Positions 1 through 9,721 of a stretch of DNA of 64,000 bases are shown in pieces. How positions within the stretch are numbered: the stretch's first letter is position 1; the number at the start of each line of letters is the position of its first letter. The notes under the pieces are model-generated. The model was given only the letters and a program-made list of their open reading frames with translations. It did not search any database and was not told the origin of the DNA. Origin of the DNA: Phycisphaeraceae bacterium (lineage in GTDB: Bacteria; Planctomycetota; Phycisphaerae; Phycisphaerales; SM1A02). The translations under genes were made by a program, and so were the position numbers. The stretch lies in NCBI GenBank assembly GCA_019636735.1, contig JAHBWY010000005.1, positions 28,117-92,116 on the forward strand, written 5' to 3'.

Positions 1-1665
1 GCGCGCGGCAACAGCGTCTATCTTCCCCGCGTCGTCATTCCGATGCTGCCCGAGGTGCTTTCGAATGGCGTGTGCAGCCTTCAGGAAGGTGTCACACGCT
101 TCACGAAGAGCGCCATCATCACGCTCGATGGCAAGGGACGCCCGGGGCATGTGCGCGTAGCCAACTCGGCGATTCGATCGGCCAAGCGCCTCACCTACCT
201 CGAAGCGCAGGCCCTGATCGATGGCCGCACCGCCGACGCCGCGACTCACGCGCGCACCGAGACCGAGCCGAGCGATGACCTCGTGCATGCGCTTCGCCTC
301 TGCGATCGCCTCGCGAAGATCATCGAGAAGCGGCGACGAGCTCAGGGCATGATCACGCTCGCGCTGCCCGAGGTCGAACTCGTGCACGACGATGCCGGGC
401 ATGTCATCGACGCCGTCCCCGAGGATGATGCCTTTACGCATCGACTCATTGAGATGTTCATGGTTGAAGCGAACGAAGCGGTCACGCGCATCTTCGCGGA
501 CCTCGAGGTTCCACTTCTGCGGCGCATCCATCCCGAGCCGAGCTTCGGAGACCTTGAGGAACTCAGGCAGTTTGCGCGCACCGCCAAGTTTCGCGTGCCG
601 GAGGAGCCAACGCGCCATGATCTCCAGGCGCTGCTTGAGGCCACGCGCGATCGCGAGGATGCGCGAGCGATTCACTTTGCTGTTCTGCGAACCCTCTCGA
701 AGGCGAGCTACTCCCCGGCGCTGATTGGTCACTATGCGCTTGCGAGCGATCACTACGCGCACTTCACGAGCCCGATTCGGCGCTATCCCGATTTGACGGT
801 CCATCGGGCGCTCGATGCGTATCTCGAGCTCACAGAAAATGGCGCGGCGGTTCCCGGCGGCCGTCGGCGTCGCTCACTGGCACAGGGCATGCACGATGAC
901 CCGCGCGTGTTCGACGAACTGGAACTGGCCGAGGTCGGGCGGCACTGCTCGGAGACCGAGGTTCGCGCCGAGGAGGCGGAGCGAGACCTTCGCAGCTTCC
1001 TGGTGCTTCAGCTTCTGCGCGAGAAGCACATGGGCGATGAGTTCGATGCGATCGTGACGGGCGTGCTCGGTTCGGGGGCCGTCTTTGCGAGCCTCGAGAA
1101 GTACCTTGTCGACGGAGTCGTTCGGCTCGAGGCCGCGATTCGCCGCGGCGACGGAGAATCCACTCGAATCCGCAAGCCCGAGCGGTGGACGGTGAACGAG
1201 CGCGACGGGCGCCTGGTGAATGTGCGAAGCGGCGCAAGCATCGGCTTGGGTGATCACATTCGTGTCGGCATTCTTTCGATCGATCTGCCGAGTCGGACCA
1301 TGGAGTTGGCGCTGGCGGGGCCGCTCAGATCAAGGCGCGCGGCCGAGCCCGAGGATGCCGGGACCGCGGCCGATGGAGCGAACGCGGCCCGTGCGGCTGG
1401 CGCGGATGATCCAGATGACGCCACTCCTGACAGCGCTCGATCGATGCGCGGAAAGCGAGCGGCACGCAGCGATGAAGACAGCGCTCCCAACGAGTCTGAC
1501 AGCGGTCCGGAAGGCTCGTCACCACAGCGCCGTGCGTCGCGCGGCATCGGACTCGGCCACGAGCGCGATCCGCGCCGCGATCTCCTGAGTCGCGAGCAGC
1601 GCGTGGAGCACAAGGGGCATCGCCGCGGCTTCAAGCAGGGTCGCCGCGGACGACGGGGGCGGTAG
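1..1665 (+). CDS. rnr: Ribonuclease R (RNase II/R family), 5' end outside window
   Basis: RNB-domain motif HYALASDHYAHFTSPIRRYPDLTVHRAL, a downstream S1-like region and an Arg/Gly-rich basic tail. The frame is open from base 1 (ARGNSVYLPRVVIPMLPE...), so the ATG at 43 is internal. Confidence 0.9.
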   Translation, partial: ARGNSVYLPRVVIPMLPEVLSNGVCSLQEGVTRFTKSAIITLDGKGRPGHVRVANSAIRSAKRLTYLEAQALIDGRTADAATHARTETEPSDDLVHALRLCDRLAKIIEKRRRAQGMITLALPEVELVHDDAGHVIDAVPEDDAFTHRLIEMFMVEANEAVTRIFADLEVPLLRRIHPEPSFGDLEELRQFARTAKFRVPEEPTRHDLQALLEATRDREDARAIHFAVLRTLSKASYSPALIGHYALASDHYAHFTSPIRRYPDLTVHRALDAYLELTENGAAVPGGRRRRSLAQGMHDDPRVFDELELAEVGRHCSETEVRAEEAERDLRSFLVLQLLREKHMGDEFDAIVTGVLGSGAVFASLEKYLVDGVVRLEAAIRRGDGESTRIRKPERWTVNERDGRLVNVRSGASIGLGDHIRVGILSIDLPSRTMELALAGPLRSRRAAEPEDAGTAADGANAARAAGADDPDDATPDSARSMRGKRAARSDEDSAPNESDSGPEGSSPQRRASRGIGLGHERDPRRDLLSREQRVEHKGHRRGFKQGRRGRRGR

Positions 1666-1670
1666 GCGCA

Positions 1671-2192
1671 TCATGCGCGAGCCGCGAGCAGTCGCTCGTA
1701 CAGGTCCAGTTCTTCGACGCTGAAACAACAGAAGAGGACTTGCGCGATTTCGCGATGGCGCCGCAGCGTTGCGCGAACCTGCCTGATGGCCGTCGGCGCC
1801 GCGAGCTCGACTGGGAATCCGTAGACCCCGGTGCTGATCCCCGGAAAGGCCACCGAGCTCGCGCCATGCTCGAGTGCCACTTCGAGCGATCGCCGGTAGC
1901 ACGACGCGAGCACCTCCACTTCGCGCTCCGTGCCGCCGCGCCAGATCGGGCCGACGGTGTGAACCACGATCCGCGCCGGAAGCCGGAATCCCTCCGTCGC
2001 CTTCGCATCCCCCGGCTCGCAGCCTCCGAGCCGCAGACACGCCCTCCGCAACTCCGGCCCCGCCGCGCGGTGGATCGCACCATCCACGCCGCCGCCGCCA
2101 AGCAGCGAGGAGTTGGCCGCGTTCACGATCGCGTCGATCTCGAGCGTCGTGATGTCAGCGTGGATGGCATCGAGCCTGCGTGCCGCACCCAT
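1671..2192 (-). CDS. Macro-domain protein (O-acetyl-ADP-ribose deacetylase, YmdB-like)
   Basis: Motifs [27 protein letters not shown] and [13 protein letters not shown]; about 173 aa, typical of stand-alone macro domains. Confidence 0.85.
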   Translation of the reverse strand: MGAARRLDAIHADITTLEIDAIVNAANSSLLGGGGVDGAIHRAAGPELRRACLRLGGCEPGDAKATEGFRLPARIVVHTVGPIWRGGTEREVEVLASCYRRSLEVALEHGASSVAFPGISTGVYGFPVELAAPTAIRQVRATLRRHREIAQVLFCCFSVEELDLYERLLAARA

Positions 2193-2292
2193 CTGGGGAT
2201 CTTCTCACAACCAGAGCGAAACTCAGTGCCATCTCACCCGGCGTCCATCTCCCACAAGCCTCGATGATGCTCCGACGGCCCGCAGAGAGCTA

Positions 2293-3054
2293 TCACTTCC
2301 ACGGCCTGGGCACGACGCCCATGTCCACCTGCCGATCGGCGAAGCACTCCTTGAGAAAGTGATCCATCGCCGCAAGCGTGCGCCCCTCGGCGCGTTCGCA
2401 GTAGCGCATGCCGCCCTGAGGGTTGTTCACTTCCGGGTGCGTGAACGCATGGCCGCGATGGCCGAACATCATCATGGTCCAGTCGGCGCCAGCGTCGGTC
2501 ATTTCGCGGGCGAACGCATCGACCGCATCCGGCTGCACCATCGGATCGTTGTAGCCGTGGCAGGCGAGCACACGCGTACGCATGGGACGCGGCCCGGGCT
2601 TCACGGAAGTGGGACCGAGCAACCCGTGGATGCTCACCACGCCGACCACGCCATCAAGGCCAGCGCGGGCGAGATCAAGCACGCACATGCCGCCGAAGCA
2701 GAAGCCAATGGCAGCAATACGATGACGGTCAGCACGGTCGTAGTTCTTCACCGTGTGCACGGCGGATGCAATGCGTCGCAGCAGGAGCGCGCGATCCTTC
2801 ACGAAGGGCTCCATGAGCTTGGCGTTCTCTTCGGGGCTCGAACCGCGAACTCCCTTGCCGTACATGTCGAGTGCGAACCCGAGATAGCCATGCTCAGCGA
2901 AGCGTTCGGCGAATCGCCGCGAGAAGTCATCCTGTCCGCCCCAGGCATGCGAGACGATGACGACCGGTCGTGGACCCGACTTGGTCGGGTCGTAGGCAAG
3001 AAACCCTTCGAGCGTCGCTTCTCCGTCGGAGTAGTCAATGAATTCCGTATGCAT
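2293..3054 (-). CDS. Dienelactone hydrolase family alpha/beta hydrolase
   Basis: N-terminus ...YSDGEATLEGFLAYDP..., nucleophile-region IAAIGFCFGG, C-terminal His region FGHRGHAF; about 250 aa. Confidence 0.8.
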   Translation of the reverse strand: MHTEFIDYSDGEATLEGFLAYDPTKSGPRPVVIVSHAWGGQDDFSRRFAERFAEHGYLGFALDMYGKGVRGSSPEENAKLMEPFVKDRALLLRRIASAVHTVKNYDRADRHRIAAIGFCFGGMCVLDLARAGLDGVVGVVSIHGLLGPTSVKPGPRPMRTRVLACHGYNDPMVQPDAVDAFAREMTDAGADWTMMMFGHRGHAFTHPEVNNPQGGMRYCERAEGRTLAAMDHFLKECFADRQVDMGVVPRPWK

Positions 3055-3451
3055 GCCCCCATGCTAGGGCCTTGGTGCGAGGCCCGCGCGGGGCCTTGCG
3101 CGAGCGAGAGTTGCGGCGACGCGGGGCGCGGTCGATCGGCGCCGATGAGTGTGGCGACCGGCCCGGAGCGATTCATCGGAAGAAGTGGCGCGCGACGCAA
3201 AGGCCTTCGGGGTGGGCGATAGATTGACCACGGGTCGAGCCGATGGTCGGCTCAACGGCATTCACGAGAGTCTTCTTGCAGCCGGGGTTGCTGCGCCGAC
3301 TCCTCGAGCCCTTCCGGGGTGGCTCGCGGCGGCGTAAGCACCGGGGGAGGTGGTCATGCCACATGGTGACGGTGCATCTGCTGCACGGCGAGGTCGGAGC
3401 GCGATGGTCGGGGGCGGCCGGGGGCATGAAGCGCGACTTGGCGCGGGCGCC

Positions 3452-4852
3452 ATGCGACTCCCATCGCCACTCGCCTTGGTGGTCGCGGTCGGAGCAGTAG
3501 GGACAGCCACTCTTGCCTCAGCGCGAGCACAGTCGCAAGCGCCGAACCAGTGGCAACTCGAGGCTCAACTCGAGCCCGATGTCGGACCACCTCCCTCACT
3601 CCTGGGACCGGCGGTGGCGATCAATCCCAAGCGCGCCGCGGTCGGCAATCGGCGGAACCACGACACGGGAAGCGACAGCGGTGTCGTGCACTGCTTCGAC
3701 CTCGTGCGCCGCGCCTGGCGGCAGTCGCAACTGGTGCATGAGCCGAGCGGGTGCATTACCTGTGATTTCGGAGCGGCGCTCGACATGGACGCCGATCGCA
3801 TGATCGTGGGCGCCCCGCGTGATGGGGCTCTCGGCTTCGAGGCGGGGCGCGCGCACATCTACCTCAGGCGCGGCACGAGGTGGGTGCTTGAGACGACGAT
3901 CGCTCGCTCCAAGCCTTCACCCGGCGATCTCTTCGGAAGCGATGTGTCGATTGCTGGCCGTGTGGCGGTCGTCGGCATGCCCTATGCGGATCTGGGTCCG
4001 CCCGGACCCGGCCAAGGGGCCACGCCCGATTGCGGCGGGGTTGAGGTCTTTGAGTTCGTCGGCCAGCGCTGGGAGCATGTCGCGACGCTTCTTCCACCCA
4101 CACCTGCAACGAGCGGCTGGTTTGGCGCTGCGGTCGCGGTTGAGGGAGATCTGATCGCCGTGGGAGAGCATGGTCACCCCGATGGACTCGCCGCGGCAGG
4201 CGCAGTTCATCTCTATCGACGGAAGCTTGAAGGCTGGGTCCACGAGCAGACGATTGCCTCTCCCTGGCCGGGCGCGGCGTGGTTCGGCTTTGCACTCTCG
4301 ATCGATGGTGGTCGCCTGCTCGTCGGGGCACCGAGAGCCAAGGCTCCGGGAGCGAGCGCGGCGACCGGTGCAGCGTTCCTCTACGAGCGCTCGGGATCCT
4401 CTCTCACACTCTCGGCAGCGCTCGGTGCACCGTGGCTCCAGTCTGGAGATGGCTTCGGTATCTCCGTAGCGCTCGATCGAGAGACGGCCGTGGTTGGCGC
4501 GTCGGGCGATGACGAATCAGGGTTCGACGCAGGCGCCATCTACTTCTTCACTCGCTCAGGCAAGTCGTTCCGACCTGCGGACAAGGTGCTCATCCCGGGA
4601 GTCGGTGAAGGGGACCGAGCGGGAGCTCGGATGGGCGCCACGCGCGGTCGAGTGATTGTCGGCCGCGGCGGCGACCCGGAACTCGATCCCGCTCCGGGCG
4701 ACGGCGCCGCGTGGATCTTCACCTCGCCGACGGTGTCGCCGCCACCACGGACGACTTCGGTGAACCCTCCTGCTCGCGCGCCTGCGGGTCGTCGCTCCCA
4801 AACCAGAGGTCGATCACTTCGCGCCACTGCTCGGGAGTTTCGCAGCGGATGA
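3452..4852 (+). CDS. Secreted FG-GAP-like beta-propeller repeat protein
   Basis: Signal peptide MRLPSPLALVVAVGAVGTATLASARA from the internal Met of ORF 3350..4852. Repeated FGxxVxxxGDxxVVGAP-type motifs (FGAALDMDADRMIVGAP, FGSDVSIAGRVAVVGMP, FGAAVAVEGDLIAVGE, FGFALSIDGGRLLVGAP, FGISVALDRETAVVGAS). Start choice is uncertain, and the last 134 nt overlap the convergent dus gene. Confidence 0.6.
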   Translation: MRLPSPLALVVAVGAVGTATLASARAQSQAPNQWQLEAQLEPDVGPPPSLLGPAVAINPKRAAVGNRRNHDTGSDSGVVHCFDLVRRAWRQSQLVHEPSGCITCDFGAALDMDADRMIVGAPRDGALGFEAGRAHIYLRRGTRWVLETTIARSKPSPGDLFGSDVSIAGRVAVVGMPYADLGPPGPGQGATPDCGGVEVFEFVGQRWEHVATLLPPTPATSGWFGAAVAVEGDLIAVGEHGHPDGLAAAGAVHLYRRKLEGWVHEQTIASPWPGAAWFGFALSIDGGRLLVGAPRAKAPGASAATGAAFLYERSGSSLTLSAALGAPWLQSGDGFGISVALDRETAVVGASGDDESGFDAGAIYFFTRSGKSFRPADKVLIPGVGEGDRAGARMGATRGRVIVGRGGDPELDPAPGDGAAWIFTSPTVSPPPRTTSVNPPARAPAGRRSQTRGRSLRATAREFRSG

Positions 4853-5939
4853 ACGCCGCCTTCACCTCGGACTCCCGCGGATGGTGCCGCGCGAATCGAA
4901 TCCCGAACTTCCGCATTCTCTGACCTGCACTGCGCTCCCCATGAATCACCCGGGCAAGGTCGAAGTGAGCCAGCAGCGCCTCGCGCTGTTCCGCAAGCGA
5001 CGGCGGGCGTGCTGGTCGTCCGGCCATCAGCTCCCGAGCCTGGCGGAAGATCCACGGATTGCCGATGCACCCACGCGCCACACTCACGGCGTGCACACGG
5101 CAGAGCTCGAGCATGGCGAAGATGTCCTCCACTTCCCAGACATCTCCCGATCCGAAGATGAGGCGATCGGGATGTCTGCGCGTGAGGTCACTCAGGAACA
5201 CCCAGCGCCCGGGACCTTCATAGCGCTGCACCACGGTGCGACAGTGGACGGTCGTCCAGAGGTAGCCAAGGTCATACGCGGCATCAAAGACTCGCTCGAA
5301 CGCGCGGACCATCTCGGGTGTGTCGTCATAGGAGCGACGCAGTTTGACCGTGCAGGGCACCTGTTCGGGAACGGCGCGGCGCACCGCGTCGAGCACCCGG
5401 ATGGCATCGTCGGGATGCGCGAGGAAGTGGCCGCCTCGGTTGGCCCGGCGGATCTTCTTGACCGGACATGCAAGGTTCACATCGAGAACCTCATAGCCCA
5501 TCTTGAGAAGGATGAGGGCGCCATCCGCCATCTCCGCTGGTTCAGTGCCAATGATCTGGCCTGCGATCGGGTGGTCATCGAGGCCCGCCGCCCGATTGTC
5601 CTCCAAGTCACCAGTGCCACACTCGCAGGCGATGAGATCGGGATCCTCCTTCCGCCGCCCCTTGCCCCCGTTGATGAGCGTGCGGTCGAGAAGTGCCTCC
5701 GTCACACAGAATGGCGCTCCATGGCGCCGGGCGATCAGTCGCATCGCCCCATCGGAGTAGCCGGCGAGCCCCGCCTGAAAGAAGGGTGCATCAAAGCCCG
5801 CGATCCGCCCGCTCACGCGCGGATCGACGCTCGCGGCGGCGGCAATCTCCGCGACCGGCCGTGGCAAGGCGCGGGCGGGGTTCATCCGCTGCGAGGGCGA
5901 AGGGGTCACGGGCACGCTCATGACAGTGAGGGTAGTCAT
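4719..5939 (-). CDS. dus: tRNA-dihydrouridine synthase (Dus family)
   Basis: TIM-barrel Dus motifs (LDVNLACPVKKI..., VPCTVKLRRSYDD, FGSGDVW). Start placed at Met MTTLTVMSVP (5939) rather than the first in-frame Met at 6113. Confidence 0.8.
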   Translation of the reverse strand: MTTLTVMSVPVTPSPSQRMNPARALPRPVAEIAAAASVDPRVSGRIAGFDAPFFQAGLAGYSDGAMRLIARRHGAPFCVTEALLDRTLINGGKGRRKEDPDLIACECGTGDLEDNRAAGLDDHPIAGQIIGTEPAEMADGALILLKMGYEVLDVNLACPVKKIRRANRGGHFLAHPDDAIRVLDAVRRAVPEQVPCTVKLRRSYDDTPEMVRAFERVFDAAYDLGYLWTTVHCRTVVQRYEGPGRWVFLSDLTRRHPDRLIFGSGDVWEVEDIFAMLELCRVHAVSVARGCIGNPWIFRQARELMAGRPARPPSLAEQREALLAHFDLARVIHGERSAGQRMRKFGIRFARHHPRESEVKAAFIRCETPEQWREVIDLWFGSDDPQAREQEGSPKSSVVAATPSAR

Positions 5940-6137
5940 GTGGCCATCGCATGGGCTCACTGGCCTGCGGTCCGCCCGACCGACGCTCGCGGTACATTGT
6001 CTTTGCTCATGCCGCGGGACCACGAAGGACACGACTCCCCCAGACACGCCGATGGGTCCATCACCAGCGGACAGGGCACCACCACGCAGTGTCCCTCCGA
6101 CGCCATTGGGCACCCGGCGGCCGCAGCGCGGTCCTTG

Positions 6138-6701
6138 ATGGACGGTCCGATGCCGCGTGCCATTGGCCGCAACTGCTCTCGCGGGGCCTCGAGCGCCGCC
6201 GTCACCCGCTTACGCCGCGCGTCGGTGGTCGGCACGATTTCCCTCATCGCGATGTTCGGAGGCGCAATCGTCGGCACGGGATGCAGCCCCGTCAATGTCG
6301 ATCCATCGCGAGCGACGCGGCACTACCCGCGCGAACTCGTGCAGGGCGAGGTGGTTCAGGTTCAAGTCATCCCCGGCCCCACCTGGGTCGAGGTCGTCAA
6401 CGCGACGGCACGGAGCTACCGGGACTTCGACCTCTGGCTCAACCAGCGATACATGGTCCATATCGACGCGCTCGAGTCGGGCCAGACGCTCAAGATCCCC
6501 CTCTCCGACTTCTGGGATTGGCGCGGCGAGGGCCCCTTCGAGGGCGGCATCTTCCGCTACTACGCACCGACTCCGATCGCGCTGATGCAGGCACAGCTCT
6601 CGCCGACCGACCCGCTCATCGGCTTCGTCTGCGTGCTGCCCGAGGGCGCCCGTGACTTCTATGAGAATCCGCCGGCTCTGCCGGTCCAGCCGCGCCGCTG
6701 A
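6138..6701 (+). CDS. Putative lipoprotein (hypothetical)
   Basis: Only the 3' third of the 606-aa ORF 4881..6701 looks protein-like; the rest is antisense to dus. Basic n-region, hydrophobic core and lipobox-like IVGTGC. Start is approximate. Confidence 0.45.
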   Translation: MDGPMPRAIGRNCSRGASSAAVTRLRRASVVGTISLIAMFGGAIVGTGCSPVNVDPSRATRHYPRELVQGEVVQVQVIPGPTWVEVVNATARSYRDFDLWLNQRYMVHIDALESGQTLKIPLSDFWDWRGEGPFEGGIFRYYAPTPIALMQAQLSPTDPLIGFVCVLPEGARDFYENPPALPVQPRR

Positions 6702-6824
6702 ACCAGCCTCGCCGCGCTGACTCTGCTTCGCGCCGCTGAGCCAGCCTCGCCGCGCTGACTCTGCTTCGCGCCGCCGAGCCAGCCTCGCCGCGCTGACTCT
6801 GCTTCGCGCCGCTAGGCCAGCCTC
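6691..6824. repeat. 38-bp tandem repeat, about 3.5 copies (CCAGCCTCGCCGCGCTGACTCTGCTTCGCGCCGCTGAG)
   Basis: Full units at 6703-6740, 6741-6778 and 6779-6816, differing by 1-2 nt at the unit end. Partial units at 6691-6702 and 6817-6824. The first partial unit includes the stop codon of the upstream CDS. Confidence 0.9.
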
Positions 6825-7002
6825 TTCACCAAGAGGCCGCGTTTCAGATCCCCCGCGTCACCGAGACCGAGCGAGGACGACCGGCACAATGAGAGCAAGC
6901 GAGGCGGGCTTCAGGGAAGCCGCCGAGCGAGGCTCGACGCAGTGCTGCGAAGCCGGAGCCGGTCGAAGGTAGCGCGGGGTCTGAAACACTCTCCAAGGCT
7001 GA

Positions 7003-8394
7003 TCAGAGGTTCGGCACTTCCCATCCTGCCCGATAGGGTCGCCGCACCCACGAGTTCGCCTCGGTGTTGTTTGTGATCGTCCCAAGCTGATCGTTGAACT
7101 CAAGCGTCTGCTCGTTGAAGCGGCTCGCAATCGCTCCCAGCGAGAGCATTTCGCACAGCGGCCCTGCCAACTCGAAGGGTGCGCGAGGCCGACCCTTGCC
7201 CAGGCAGGCGTCAACCCAGTCATGCCAGTGATTCGTGGTCGCGGCCTCGGGCAGCGACACCTCCACCTGACGACCGTCTCGGAACACCATCGGCGCCGCG
7301 CTGTCGCACGGCTGCACGAGGATCCCATCCTCGCCGACGACAATGGCTGCACCGTCGTTGTTCGGCAGCTTGAGATCCGTCGGCAATCCGATCTCGGCAA
7401 GGTCCGGCCTTCGACCGCCGTCGAACCAGTAGAAGGGCAGCGGCCCCGCCGTGCGCGGCGTCGCCGCGAAAGTCATGCGAATGGACTCCTGCGAGGGGAA
7501 CTGATCCTCGGTTGCATTCGGCGCGGAGCAGGTGATGGTCAGCGGTCCGGTCAACTCAAGCGCCATGAACGGCACATCCATGATGTGACAGCCCATGTCG
7601 CCGATCGCGCCGGTCCCAAAATCGTAGTAGCCGCGCCACTTGAAAGGCGTGTACGCATCCTTCACGAAGGGGCGCAGCGGCGCGACGCCGAGGAAGAGGT
7701 TCCAGCCCAGCCACTCGGGCACCGGGTCGTCACCAGCGGGACGATTCTCGCCGCACGGCCACCAACCTGCCGGGCGATCAGTCCAGCCGTAGAGCGCCTT
7801 CGCACGCCCGACCACACCCTGCTGAAGCAGCGCCAACCCCTGGCGTCGCTCCGCACGGGCGAAGCGCTGCGTTCCCATCTGCGTCATCACGCGCGGCTTC
7901 GTCGCCGCCACGCGGGCAAGCTGCCGATTCTCATAGGCCAGTCGCGCCAACGGCTTCTGGCAGTAGATGTGCTTGTCGTGGTTGAGCGCCGTCATGGCGA
8001 CCGGCGCATGCATGTGATCGGGCGTTGAGCAGACGATTGCATCGACTCGATCGCCGAGCGATGGAATGATTTCGCGCCAATCCTGGATCATCACCGCGCT
8101 ACTGAACTTCTCCGCGGCCTTCTCCATGGCACGGAGGTTCATGTCGCAGAGCGCGACGACCTCGACTCCGGGATGCGAAGAAACCTGTCCAAGGTCGCTG
8201 CCCCCCATGCCGCCGACCCCGACGAACGCCACGGCCAGTCGCTCATTCGCTCCAACACGCCCGGGAATGGCTGGCGCCAACTGCGGCCCGGCTCCGGCTC
8301 GCTTCGAGAACCCGGTCATGGCGGCCGCCATCGGCCCCGCACTCAGGGCCGCAAGGGCTCCCTGCTTGATGAACTCTCGACGCGTCTTGCTCAT
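7003..8394 (-). CDS. Gfo/Idh/MocA family oxidoreductase with twin-arginine signal
   Basis: N-terminal Tat motif MSKTRREFIKQGALAAL, Rossmann segment VAFVGVGGMGGSD, and the usual family architecture over 463 aa. Confidence 0.85.
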   Translation of the reverse strand: MSKTRREFIKQGALAALSAGPMAAAMTGFSKRAGAGPQLAPAIPGRVGANERLAVAFVGVGGMGGSDLGQVSSHPGVEVVALCDMNLRAMEKAAEKFSSAVMIQDWREIIPSLGDRVDAIVCSTPDHMHAPVAMTALNHDKHIYCQKPLARLAYENRQLARVAATKPRVMTQMGTQRFARAERRQGLALLQQGVVGRAKALYGWTDRPAGWWPCGENRPAGDDPVPEWLGWNLFLGVAPLRPFVKDAYTPFKWRGYYDFGTGAIGDMGCHIMDVPFMALELTGPLTITCSAPNATEDQFPSQESIRMTFAATPRTAGPLPFYWFDGGRRPDLAEIGLPTDLKLPNNDGAAIVVGEDGILVQPCDSAAPMVFRDGRQVEVSLPEAATTNHWHDWVDACLGKGRPRAPFELAGPLCEMLSLGAIASRFNEQTLEFNDQLGTITNNTEANSWVRRPYRAGWEVPNL

Positions 8395-8723
8395 GCGATG
8401 ACTCCTTGGGCGAATGGTGACCCTCGCAGCTTACGGATCGTCGGGCGAAATCGCGACATGCAAACTCACCGACGGAATCGGACTGCGGCCGCTCGGAGTG
8501 CGCCATATCACGGCGTCACGCCTCGACGCGTGAACATCACTCGGAGCGCTCTCCGTTCCGAGCCATCTCACTCGGGGGAAGACCTGCGAACGACACCTCA
8601 CGACACCACGGACCAGGCACCGAGCAGGAGTGCGAGATCGGTGCTATCAACAACTCCATCGCCAATGGGGTCGCTGAGCCCACCCACGCCCCGAGGAGAG
8701 AGCCATTTGCGACCTGGCGCAAC

Positions 8724-9221
8724 TCACTTGAGGAAGCGATCGAGCCCGGATGCCCGAAGGATCGCCCGGAAGTTCTCACCGAAGACGAAGTTCTCCTCGG
8801 GGAAGACGATGCCCGAGCGATTTTGATCGAGGTGACTGAAGATCATCTCGACGCGACCGATCGGCTCCCACACCCCGCTCCGATGGTCAAAGCGCTCGAT
8901 GGTCCCCTTGGTGCTCGCCCCCATCGAGTCCATGCGCTCGATCGTGGCGTCATAGCGCACGCACTGCCCCGGCACGACATCACGCTCCACCGTCGCCACG
9001 GCGATCTTCGCGAGGATCACCTTCTCCTCGAAGCCTCTCGATGCGCCAACAAGAATGCCGGCGGTCTGCGCGAAGCCCTCAATCATGAGCGATGCCGGCA
9101 TGACGGGCGAGCCAGGCAAGTGATCGTGGAGATGTTCCTCCGCCAGTGAGACATTCTTGACGGCCACCATCCGGCGACCGAGCTCGAATGAAACCACTGT
9201 GTCAATCCACATCCAGCGCAT
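8724..9221 (-). CDS. FabA/FabZ-like hot-dog fold dehydratase
   Basis: MRWMWIDTVVSF...VAVKNVSLAEEHLHDHLPGSPVMPASLMIEGFAQTAG, i.e. the His-containing HxPG..V.P motif of 3-hydroxyacyl-ACP dehydratases. Confidence 0.7.
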   Translation of the reverse strand: MRWMWIDTVVSFELGRRMVAVKNVSLAEEHLHDHLPGSPVMPASLMIEGFAQTAGILVGASRGFEEKVILAKIAVATVERDVVPGQCVRYDATIERMDSMGASTKGTIERFDHRSGVWEPIGRVEMIFSHLDQNRSGIVFPEENFVFGENFRAILRASGLDRFLK

Positions 9222-9267
9222 GCAATCGCCTTGGTGAAGGCACCCCGCCGTCGTGCCCGAGGGACCG

Positions 9268-9678
9268 TCAGGTACCGAGCTTCCGCTCGACGAAATCGAC
9301 CAGGCTCTTCACCGTGAAGGTGTCCTGAAGCGTGGCGACCGCCCGATCATGCTCGAAGGTGGTGAAGTCCACATGGGGCATCCGCTCCTTGAGCATGGCC
9401 ATGCCCTTGTCCGTCACTCGCCCCGCTTCAACGAGCGTCGGGTCGGAGAGCATGTTCTCGGGGAAGAGCTCGCCCTGCGGGATCTTGAAGGGCCGTTCGG
9501 GCGTTGAGAACTTCTTCTCCAGCCGGAACATGATGTCCAGATAGTCGATGCTCTCGGCGCCCAGGTCCGCCTTGATTCGCGCCGTCGGCGTGACCTCGTC
9601 GGCATCCACACCCAATGCGTCACAGAGCACCTCGCGGACGCCGGTTTCGATCTCGCTTCGATTGAACGCCAAGTGCAA
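9268..9678 (-). CDS. Acyl carrier protein-like, with a long internal insertion
   Basis: Phosphopantetheine attachment context DLGAESIDYLDIMFRLEKKF. 136 aa against about 80 for canonical ACP, with about 55 extra residues before the last helix (TVKSLVDFVERKL). Confidence 0.7.
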   Translation of the reverse strand: MHLAFNRSEIETGVREVLCDALGVDADEVTPTARIKADLGAESIDYLDIMFRLEKKFSTPERPFKIPQGELFPENMLSDPTLVEAGRVTDKGMAMLKERMPHVDFTTFEHDRAVATLQDTFTVKSLVDFVERKLGT

Positions 9679-9721
9679 ATCTCCTGACTTCTTCCGTGAA
9701 GCAGGCGGGGACGATTCCGCC

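Noticed and set aside
4719-4852. 134-nt convergent overlap of the FG-GAP gene and dus
   Set aside because: Both proteins end in low-complexity tails beyond their conserved domains. The overlap is best explained by the scarcity of stop codons in high-GC DNA rather than by a functional arrangement.
4881-6113. Long plus-strand ORF (606 aa, 4881..6701) overlapping dus
   Set aside because: Across the dus region the translation is Arg/Gly/His-rich and low-complexity with no motifs, whereas the opposite strand has clear Dus motifs. Only the non-overlapping 3' part (6138..6701) was kept as a possible lipoprotein.
6691-6824. CRISPR array hypothesis for the 38-bp repeats
   Set aside because: The units are directly abutting with no spacers, and no cas genes are in the window.
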